Of a stretch of 17,600 nucleotides of DNA, positions 1 to 8,200 are shown piece by piece. Under the pieces are notes generated by a model, which did no database searches, was not told where the DNA came from, and was given only the letters and a program-made list of their open reading frames with translations. Source of the stretch: Myxococcota bacterium (lineage in GTDB: Bacteria > Myxococcota > UBA4151); assembly GCA_040260805.1 (NCBI GenBank), contig JBDQPD010000070.1, forward strand, positions 1 through 17,600. The letters are read 5' to 3'. A program made the translations under genes and the position numbers. How positions within the stretch are numbered: the stretch's first letter is position 1; each line of letters starts with the position of its first letter.

Positions 1-365
1 CCGACCGCTTCGAGCAGCTCGTCGGCGCGCCTGCCTTCAGGGCCACCAAACAGCCCGGGCAGCTCCACGTTCTGCGCGGCGCTCAGATGCGCCAGCAGAT
101 GAAAACGCTGAAACACCATGCCGACGCTCTGGGCGCGCAGCTCGGTGAGCTCGGCGTCGCTCATCGTCGCTAAGTCGACGCCGTCCACTTGCGCCGTGCC
201 CGCATAGGCTCGGTCCAAGCCGCCGACGATGCGCAGCAAGGTGGACTTGCCGGCGCCCGAGGCGCCGAGCACCGCCACCACCTCGCCGGCGCCGACCTCT
301 AAATCGACCGCGTCCAAGATGACCCGCTCACCGAAGCGGCGAGAGAGCCCGGTCAGGGTAATCAT
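1..365 (-). CDS. ABC transporter ATP-binding protein, LolD/MacB/FtsE-type (5' part; runs off the window)
   Basis: Not in the ORF track. Hand translation from ATG at 365: MITLTGLSRRFGERVILDAVDLEVGAGEVVAVLGASGAGKSTLLRIVGGLDRAYAG...LRAQSVGMVFQRFHLLAHLSAAQNVELP. Walker A GASGAGKST and a LolD-like Q-loop (VFQxFHL). ATGA overlap with the upstream gene's stop. Confidence 0.93.
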   Translation of the reverse strand, partial: MITLTGLSRRFGERVILDAVDLEVGAGEVVAVLGASGAGKSTLLRIVGGLDRAYAGTAQVDGVDLATMSDAELTELRAQSVGMVFQRFHLLAHLSAAQNVELPGLFGGPEGRRADELLEAV

Positions 366-1945
366 TTAGCGGCAGCGGGCGCCTTCATGACCAGGGCGCC
401 GTGGCTCATCTGATAGGCACCCTTTTGACCGCTCGTGGCGATCAAGTGGTCGTACTGCGCAAGCGCCGTCGCCACCTTCTCAACGATCCCAGCCAGCGGT
501 CCTTGACCGGCTAACGCGCCGCCCACCTTCGCGGCTTGCGCAAGCGCTTGGAAATCAACCCAAGCCGCCGAGGCGCGGTCTTTATTGAGCGAGATGTCCT
601 TAGCCGCAGGGCGGCTCGCTGACAGCGGCGTCTTGGGCGCCTCGCCAAAGCGAACGCTCAAGCGGTTGCCCTCTTTCTCGGCTCGGATTTTAAGTTTTCC
701 CATCTGATGGGTGAAGTCAAAACCGTTGGGGAGGCCGGTCAGACCAGGGATCGGCGCGCCGGCTTTTTCGATGACCTTCTTGACCGTGTCGATCAGCTTT
801 TGAGGCTCGCCGCCGGCGATGTCTAGACCGACAAAGGCGGTGCCGATGAGCATGAACGGGCTGGTCACGTTCTCCCCCACACCGAGCCACGCCGAGAAGG
901 TCGTGCCGAAGGGTTTGAGCACGTCGTTGTGCAGGTCGAGGTCGAGCTGCTTGAGACCGGTCTCGAGCTGAGCGAGCGCCTGCGCGAACTGAGGCGTCTG
1001 CGCAAACAAGCTGATGATCGCTTTGGCGTCGGTGCTCTGCTGCCAAGCCGCCATGGAGCCTGCGGGAACAAAGGGCACCTGCAGCGGCTCAGGGATGAGG
1101 CGCTTAAGCTCTTTGAGCGCCTCGCCCTCGGACTTCGCGGCGCTGTGCATCTCAAGCTTTTGCGGCGTCGCCGAGACGGCGGCGGCCCAGCCGTCACCTT
1201 GGAGTTTGTCGACGGCCCCTTCGGTCGCAGCCTGGCTGACGCTGAGCTTGCGCGAGCCAAAGACCAGCGCCTGCCCCATCCCAGGCAGCTGAGCCGACAG
1301 CTCTTTGAGCAGCGCGTCGTTGTCCAAGCGCTTGGTGTCCTTACCCAAGCGCGACAAGAACTCTTTTTTGCCGGTCGTAAAGACCGCCTGCTTGCCTTTG
1401 ATCCACATGCCGCCGTCTTGGGTGACGCGCTGACCTAGGGTGCGCTGGAAGGGGTACCACTCGCCGCCCTCATGAGCGACCATCTCGCCCACATCCATCG
1501 CGCCTTCGCGCTTGGCTAAGCGCTTAGCGGTCTCCAGCATCTTGGCTTTGTCGGCGACCGAGACCATGACCAATCCGGTCCACGCCTCGATCTTCCCTTC
1601 GCCGCCAAACCACACGCCCACGCCGCCGCTTGGGTCCATCCCCGCAGCGGTCCAGCCGGCGACATCAAAGGGCGAGAACCCAAAGCGCTCGGTCACCGCG
1701 GCGCGAATTTTGGCCGGGTCATCAATGGCGCCCGCCAGACGGTCCACCTGGACGTTGAGTCCAGCGAGCGCGCCCGCCACATCGTGAACAGCGACCACCA
1801 AACCGGCGTCGTCAGACGGCATCTGAGTCAGCATCGCAGCTAAGGCATCGGATTGGGCTTTACCCTTGGCGCCACCGCCGGCTTTGTCCGAGCAGTTGCA
1901 GGCGACCAGACTCAGGCTCAGGCCTAGAATCAGGGAGTTCTTCAT
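362..1945 (-). CDS. Uncharacterised lipoprotein (~527 aa), possibly DUF3352-like
   Basis: MKNSLILGLSLSLVAC is a signal peptide II with lipobox LVAC. GGAG lies 7 nt before ATG 1945; alternative start ATG 1978 overlaps the upstream stop (ATGA). Segments FDVAGWTAAGMDPSGGVGVW and LDLDLHNDVLKPFG recall DUF3352-type proteins (recall only, not searched). Confidence 0.8.
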   Translation of the reverse strand: MKNSLILGLSLSLVACNCSDKAGGGAKGKAQSDALAAMLTQMPSDDAGLVVAVHDVAGALAGLNVQVDRLAGAIDDPAKIRAAVTERFGFSPFDVAGWTAAGMDPSGGVGVWFGGEGKIEAWTGLVMVSVADKAKMLETAKRLAKREGAMDVGEMVAHEGGEWYPFQRTLGQRVTQDGGMWIKGKQAVFTTGKKEFLSRLGKDTKRLDNDALLKELSAQLPGMGQALVFGSRKLSVSQAATEGAVDKLQGDGWAAAVSATPQKLEMHSAAKSEGEALKELKRLIPEPLQVPFVPAGSMAAWQQSTDAKAIISLFAQTPQFAQALAQLETGLKQLDLDLHNDVLKPFGTTFSAWLGVGENVTSPFMLIGTAFVGLDIAGGEPQKLIDTVKKVIEKAGAPIPGLTGLPNGFDFTHQMGKLKIRAEKEGNRLSVRFGEAPKTPLSASRPAAKDISLNKDRASAAWVDFQALAQAAKVGGALAGQGPLAGIVEKVATALAQYDHLIATSGQKGAYQMSHGALVMKAPAAAK

Positions 1946-1974
1946 GGTCATTCTCCGGGTCGAGCGAATCGACC

Positions 1975-2625
1975 TCATTGGTATCGAGATTTTTTAGATT
2001 GTTTGAGCAGCGCGCGCATGACGTCTGGGACGGCTTTGCGGTTGGCGCGGTTGGCGACCCAGCTCGGGATACTTCCCCCGGGATCTGACCGCACGGTGTA
2101 CGTTATCTTGGTCTTTTTTCCGCCCTCGCGTGCCTCGAGTAGCCAGCTCCCGGTCGTGACTTTAACGCGCACCTTGCCCGGTTTTTCTTTGGGACCTGCG
2201 TCGTTCGCCGACACCCAGCTGACCTCGTAGCGGCCGCCCTTACCTGGGTTGGGTTGCTTGGTCAGCTTTAGGGTGTAGTCCCGGTCACTGATCACCGGCG
2301 TGTCCAGACAGTAATACTGCCAGGTCGAGGCGCCCTCACGCTTGAGCACCTTGGCGGTCTCTAGGTAAGGCATAAAGTCGGTGTAGCGCTCCAGATCGTT
2401 GACCGCTTTCCACAGACGCGCTGGGCTTTGCGGCGCCGTCCATGAGCCGCGCACGGTCACGATGGCTTGACCGTCGATCTTGCGGACATCAACGACGATC
2501 CCCTCGCTGGTTTTGGTGGCTCGCTTCCAGCCGGCTTGCGCCGGCGCGCTCAAGCCCAAAACCAGGGCGACGACGCCTAAGCGTTTAATCGTTAATCGGG
2601 AGGGCACGAAGGCTCGCTGATCCAT
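1975..2625 (-). CDS. Secreted START/SRPBCC-domain (lipid-binding) protein
   Basis: KRLGVVALVLGLSAPAQA signal peptide, then START motifs: W near the N-terminus, DLERYTDFMPY, PVISDRDY, GSWLLE, TKITY...SDPGGSIPSWVAN. The ORF-track extension to 2922 overlaps the upstream gene and is unlikely. Start uncertain (ATG 2625, GTG 2607, or ATT 2589). Confidence 0.85.
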   Translation of the reverse strand: MDQRAFVPSRLTIKRLGVVALVLGLSAPAQAGWKRATKTSEGIVVDVRKIDGQAIVTVRGSWTAPQSPARLWKAVNDLERYTDFMPYLETAKVLKREGASTWQYYCLDTPVISDRDYTLKLTKQPNPGKGGRYEVSWVSANDAGPKEKPGKVRVKVTTGSWLLEAREGGKKTKITYTVRSDPGGSIPSWVANRANRKAVPDVMRALLKQSKKSRYQ

Positions 2626-4264
2626 TCTTCTCTCGCACGGTGAAGCGCACATCGCGCGCACCGGTTTCTTCCATGATCCGAGCCCGGGTGGTCTCGATCT
2701 TTCGTTTGAAGCGTTCAAAGGTAAGTCCCTCAACGTCCTCACCCAGACGCTCGCGCAGCTCAAAGTATTCGCCAAAGAGCAGGCGCTCAGGATCCGTCGA
2801 TGTGGAGTCGGTGTGCCCGCCCTCTTCGGTGATCTGCTGCAACAAGCTGTCCGGCACCTCAAACTGCCCGGTCGGAGCGTCTTCAAACATCCCGCCTGGG
2901 TCTGCCGGCGCAATCGCCGCATCGCTCCCGATCTCCTTGCCGATCAAGGCTCCACCAGGGATCGGCGGAAGGTCGCCCGGAGGCGGCGTCAGCGCAGGCA
3001 CAGGCACGGCCGACGGCAGTGGAGGAGCCGGCAGGTCTGTGGGCAGCGGGGGCAAATCACCCAGCTTCGTTTGGGTGTCCTCGAGCCCATCAAATAAGCT
3101 CACTGCGCCAGCGCTTGAGGTCTGGGTGTTGCCCTCGACCGAATCAAAGACCGCGCTCGCCGAGAACTGTTCAAAGTCGGCGCTGGAATCGTCGTCCATG
3201 GACGCGGCGTCAAATGAGCCACCCACCGGATCACTAACCGCACGTGGGGTCTCGCCGACGGCGCCGGCCAAGGTCAGATCCACGTTGCGGGCGATGCGCT
3301 CAAACATTCCAGGCAGGCCGAGCGACTCCACAGGCGCTCCTGCGCCCGAGCTGCGCCAGGTGTGCAACCACGTGATCAAGGTGTCCCCAGCGCGCGATTG
3401 GCGACGCCCCTCTAGAAAGATCAGCAGCAGACCCAGGACGAACAGAAGCGACAATACACCCAAGCTCGTCTTCACCAAGTCGGCGACGCCCCGATAAGCC
3501 TTTCGAGCGTCGACCACCGAAGCCAAGACCAAGCGTCCGCCCTCAGTGACGATCACGTTGCCCGCAACCAATCGAGAAGCACCGCCTGGGATACCCAAAC
3601 TCAAGCTCGTTTGACCCAACCCTTTGACCGAACCATCCACCTTGCCTGGCTTGAGCATCGAGGTCAGCGAGTCAAAGGATTTACCGTGTAAAATGCGGCG
3701 CCCGTCATACAAAACGGAATGCACTGGCATACCGCTTCCAGCGGCCAGCACAGCCATCTGCTCGCCGATGCTTTTGGCGACCAACGCTAAGGGGCGACCC
3801 ACCACCGTGAGCCCATCAACGAATCCATCTTTGCCGCTCGGGGCGGCCGCTAAATGCCACCATTTCCCCTTCTCACCCGCCGATAAGAACACGACGGCGT
3901 CCGAGCCCATACCTTGCAAGGCACGCGCCACGACGTTCATGCCCGATAGATCAGGCTCGCTCGCCTCAAAGCCGGCGCCATAACCTTCGATGAGTTTACC
4001 AGTACCGTCGATCCGCCAGCGCAGACTGTCGCCGCCCTCCTCTGGAGGCGGCAGCTCAGCCGAGCGCGCCAGATCTGAAGCCTCGACCAAAATATCTTGG
4101 GCTTGGTTCTGCCAATTGTTCTGCGCCTCACCAAAAGCGCGGTCAGCCAGTGAGCGAGCGCGTTGCTCGACCGAGGATCCCATCGACGAGGCGAGCAACA
4201 CCAAGGCGACCACACCACCGATCAAGGTCAGGATGGGCGCGGCATAAAGTTTGTATGCTTTCAT
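2585..4264 (-). CDS. MXAN_5187-family-like membrane protein (TM - periplasmic Cache-like region - TM - degenerate HAMP - acidic/Pro linker - MXAN_5187 C-terminal domain)
   Basis: 559 aa ORF with two hydrophobic helices. C-terminus LFGEYFELRERLGEDVEGLTFERFKRKIETTRARIMEETGARDVRFTVREKNGSASLRALP resembles the myxobacterial MXAN_5187 C-terminal domain as I recall it. SD AGGAGG 7 nt before ATG. Confidence 0.8.
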   Translation of the reverse strand: MKAYKLYAAPILTLIGGVVALVLLASSMGSSVEQRARSLADRAFGEAQNNWQNQAQDILVEASDLARSAELPPPEEGGDSLRWRIDGTGKLIEGYGAGFEASEPDLSGMNVVARALQGMGSDAVVFLSAGEKGKWWHLAAAPSGKDGFVDGLTVVGRPLALVAKSIGEQMAVLAAGSGMPVHSVLYDGRRILHGKSFDSLTSMLKPGKVDGSVKGLGQTSLSLGIPGGASRLVAGNVIVTEGGRLVLASVVDARKAYRGVADLVKTSLGVLSLLFVLGLLLIFLEGRRQSRAGDTLITWLHTWRSSGAGAPVESLGLPGMFERIARNVDLTLAGAVGETPRAVSDPVGGSFDAASMDDDSSADFEQFSASAVFDSVEGNTQTSSAGAVSLFDGLEDTQTKLGDLPPLPTDLPAPPLPSAVPVPALTPPPGDLPPIPGGALIGKEIGSDAAIAPADPGGMFEDAPTGQFEVPDSLLQQITEEGGHTDSTSTDPERLLFGEYFELRERLGEDVEGLTFERFKRKIETTRARIMEETGARDVRFTVREKNGSASLRALPIND

Positions 4265-4265
4265 C

Positions 4266-5114
4266 TTAGCGCCTCCTCTTTCGACGACGCTTACGGCGCT
4301 TCTTCTTACGCACCCGTTTCTTTCGAGTCGGCATCAAAGCCTCCTCGTTCATCTCCACCGGGATCTCACGGCGCTCACGTACCTGGAGCTCTTTGTCCTC
4401 ACCTTTTTTTGCCGCTTCAAAGCTGAGTACCATCTTTAAGGTGTTGTTTTGTCGTAAGATAAACTCAGGTACCGAGTACCAAATCTCGCCCAGTAAAATC
4501 TGTAGACGAGCCGGACCCTCTTTGAGGTCTTTTAAATTCAAGCTGTGGGCGCCCTCGCGCCAAACCATCGGCGCCAGCTGACCCTTCGGCGCAACATCCA
4601 CCCGCAGCTGAGCGCTGACCCAGCGCTGTGCGCCATAACGATAAACAGCCGAAACGCCCGGAGCGAAGCGCACCGAATCTCCCGCAGCTACGGTAATCGG
4701 TTTGCCTGGCCGGCCGCGCGGTACGAGGTTCAACGGTACCGGGGTATCGTTTTGCATCCGAATCTGTACGCCTTCGGTGATCACGATGTGATCAGGGTGA
4801 AAGCGCATGCCACGAAACTCGACGACGACCTCGCCACTGCCAGCAGCTTGTGACGCGCCGCTACCCGCAGCGCTGAGTAAAGCCATCACCGGCATCGGGT
4901 CCTTGAGCTTTTGCGCCACCGGCTTGAGCGGAAAAGCCATGCGGACGGTGCTGTGATCCACTCGTGTCGCTTTGGGATTTTTCGTTTCGCTCACGCCGCG
5001 CAGCTCGACCTCAAAGGCGGCGGGAACCGCTAGGCTCGGCGCAGACACGAGCAAAAGCGCCAGACCGACGGCGCTCGGGCGCGGCAAAGGTCGCTGAAGC
5101 AAAGAAGGACGCAT
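4266..5114 (-). CDS. Secreted hypothetical protein with a cupredoxin-like domain and a poly-Arg/Lys C-terminal tail
   Basis: GGAG 6 nt before ATG 5114 (ORF track starts at 5126). N-terminal signal peptide ending LVSAPSLA. VEFRGMRFHPDHIVITEGVQIRMQND fits the cupredoxin N-terminal pattern. Ends RKKRVRKKKRRKRRRKRRR. Confidence 0.75.
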   Translation of the reverse strand: MRPSLLQRPLPRPSAVGLALLLVSAPSLAVPAAFEVELRGVSETKNPKATRVDHSTVRMAFPLKPVAQKLKDPMPVMALLSAAGSGASQAAGSGEVVVEFRGMRFHPDHIVITEGVQIRMQNDTPVPLNLVPRGRPGKPITVAAGDSVRFAPGVSAVYRYGAQRWVSAQLRVDVAPKGQLAPMVWREGAHSLNLKDLKEGPARLQILLGEIWYSVPEFILRQNNTLKMVLSFEAAKKGEDKELQVRERREIPVEMNEEALMPTRKKRVRKKKRRKRRRKRRR

Positions 5115-5178
5115 CGAGTTCTCCATAATCCGTTCTTACCTTGCACGGCCACGCCTGCCCAGCCCAGCAATGCGCTTG

Positions 5179-5221
5179 AAAAAACGAAACGGGCGAAGCC
5201 TAAAGCCTCGCCCGTATCGTT
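5179..5221 (-). terminator. Rho-independent terminator after rpoC
   Basis: Minus strand: AACGATACGGGCGAGGC-TTTAG-GCTTCGCCCGTTTCGTTTTTT, a long GC-rich stem followed by a U-tract. Confidence 0.9.
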
Positions 5222-5239
5222 GGTTTGTAGACCCCTCGC

Positions 5240-8200
5240 TTAGAACAGCGAAACATCTTCCATCAACAGATCATCCGGGATGCCTTCGATCTCATCAACC
5301 TCGGTCTCGAGGTATTTGTAATGATCGATACCGGTACCTGCTGGGATCAAGCGACCCACCGTGATGTTCTCTTTGAGCCCACGCAGATAATCCACCTGAC
5401 CGCTGAGCGAGGCCTGAGTGAGCACCTTGGTGGTCTCCTGGAACGATGCTGCCGAAATCCATGAATCGGTCACCAACGACGCCTTGGTGATACCCAAGAG
5501 TTGCGGCTCACCTGCGGCTGGGATCAAGCCCTCGTCCATCAGGCGCTGATTCTCAGCTTCGAACGTACGACGGCTGATCGAATCCTCAAGGAGGAATCGA
5601 GAGTCACCCGACGAGATGATGCGCACACGTCGCAGCATCTGGCGAACGATGGTCTCAACGTGCTTGTCGTTGATCTTCACGCCCTGGAGTCGATAGACTT
5701 CTTGGACTTCGTTCACCATGTGGGCAGCCAACGCCTTGAGACCCTTGATCTGCAGGATATCGTGCGGGTTGATCTGACCTTCGGTCATCGCCTCGCCCGG
5801 CTGGACGAAGTCACCGGTGTGCACGGTCAGGTGACGACCCTTCGGGATCGGGTACTCGATGAAGTCGCCGATCTCTGGGGTGACACGCAAGATGCGCTTA
5901 CCCTTCTTCTCAGGCTGCTCGCTGACTTCGCCAGCGATGTGCGAGACGACCGCAAGGTCCCTCGGACGACGCGCCTCGAACAAGTCGATGACTCGAGGAA
6001 GACCACCGGTAATATCCTTGGTCTTCGCCGTTTCACGAACCTTCTTCGCCACCACGTTACCCGCCGAGACGTCCATCCCGGGTTTGATCTCAGTGGAGGA
6101 GAGGATCGCTGCCACAGGCAACGTAATCACGTGAAGTTCACCCTCTTTGGTGGTCACGGTCAGCGCCGGACGCAAGGAGGGATCTTTCGCTTCGATGATG
6201 TGACGTTCCGAGCGACCCGATTGCTCATCGGCGCGCTCTTCGAAGGTCACACCTTCGATCAAGTCACGGAAGCCCAACTGGCCATCAACCGGCACGAGGA
6301 AGGGCGAGGCAAAGGGATCCCAGTCACACAACTTGTGACCTGGCTTCACATCTTGATCTTCGACCACGTAGATGTTGGCGCCATAAACGACCGGATAGGT
6401 CTCACGCTCACGACCCGTGGAGTCGATGATTTTGATCTCGGCTCGACGGCTCATGCAGACCAAACGGGTCTCGCCGTTTTCGCTGTGATCCGCAAAGGCG
6501 TTAAGCTCGACGAACTTGACCCGACCGCCACCAAGGCAGTCGTGGTAAGCCTGCTCGACACGAGCAGACGCCGCACCACCAATGTGGAAGGTACGCATCG
6601 TCAGCTGGGTGCCGGGCTCACCGATCGACTGAGCGGCGACCACGCCGACAGCTTCACCGATGTTGACCAGAATACCGCGTGCGAGGTCACGACCGTAGCA
6701 CTTGGCGCAGATACCGACCTTAGCCTGGCAAGTCAGCACCGAGCGAATCAGCACACGCTGGATACCCGCATCTTCGATCACGGCGACCGCCGCTTCGTCA
6801 AAGAGATGACCTGACTTGAACAAGACCTTACCGGTCATCGGATCCACGACGTCCTCGAGCGAGACACGACCCAGAATACGATCACCGATCTTCTCGATCA
6901 CCTCGCCCGCTTCGATCAGCGGCATGATGTCGATACCGTCAATGGTGTTGCAATCATGTTCGGTGATGATGGCGTCCTGTGCGACGTCGACCAAACGACG
7001 GGTCAAGTAACCCGAGTTTGCCGTCTTCAGCGCCGTATCCGCCAGGCCCTTACGAGCACCGTGGGTGGAGATGAAGTACTGCAGCGCCGTCAAACCTTCG
7101 CGGAAGTTTGCCGTAATGGGCTGCTCGATGATGTCGCCAGATGGCTTAGCCATCAGACCACGCATACCGGCAAGCTGACGCATCTGCTGCGTGGAACCAC
7201 GAGCGCCGGAGTCAGCCATGATGTAGATCGAGTTGAACGACGGGGTCTCGACGGTTTCGCCATCAGGACCGGTCAGGTTATCCCACTCGATACCCTTCAT
7301 CATGCACTCGGTCACTTCATCGTTGGCACGTGCCCAGATATCGATGACCTTATTGTAGCGCTCAGAATCCGAGATGATCCCTCGGTTGTGAGCCAATACG
7401 GTACGACCGACTTCGTCGGATGCGTCGCCGAGAATCTGTGCTTTTTCTTCCGGAATCGTCATGTGCTCAAGAGCGATGGAGATACCGGCACGAGTCGACT
7501 CAGTGAAGCCTAGAGTACGGAGCTTATCGGCAAGAAGAACCGTCTCTTTCTGACCGCTAAGGCGGAAGCATTCATCGATCAAGTTGCCTAGAGACTTCTT
7601 GTTCATGACGCTGTTGACCAACGAGAAAGGCATCTCTTCGGGGCACAATTCGTAAAGGAGGACACGACCCACGGTGGTATCGAGCATATCCTCTTTGAAT
7701 CGAACCTTGATCGCTGCGTGCAGACTGACCGCACCCGCGTCATAGGCAATGCGCACTTCACGCATCGAGCCAAAGGACATGCCACTGCCCTTAGCGAAGG
7801 GACGCTCACGGGTGACGTAGTAGCAACCTAAGACGACATCCTGCGTCGGCACGATAATCGGCTTGCCGTGCGCTGGGTGCAGAATGTTGTTGGTGCTCAT
7901 CATCAGCACACGAGCTTCCATCTGCGCCTCGATCGAGAGCGGCAGGTGGACAGCCATCTGGTCACCATCAAAGTCAGCGTTAAAGGCAACGCAGACCAAG
8001 GGGTGAAGACGAATCGCCTTACCCTCGACTAAGACGGCTTCGAACGCCTGCATACCCAGGCGGTGAAGCGTGGGTGCACGGTTGAGAATCACAGGATGCT
8101 CTTGGATGACCTCATCGAGGATATCCCAGACTTCCTTCTTTTGACGCTCGACCATGCGCTTGGCCGATTTGATGTTGGTCACGTAACCGTGATCTTCGAG

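Noticed and set aside
2626..2922. 99-codon N-terminal extension of the START protein in the ORF track
   Set aside because: It overlaps the conserved C-terminal domain of the upstream gene, has non-protein-like composition and would bury the signal peptide.
5115..5178. Promoter for the downstream operon
   Set aside because: No convincing sigma70 -35/-10 pair or sigma54 GG-N10-GC consensus could be assigned by eye.
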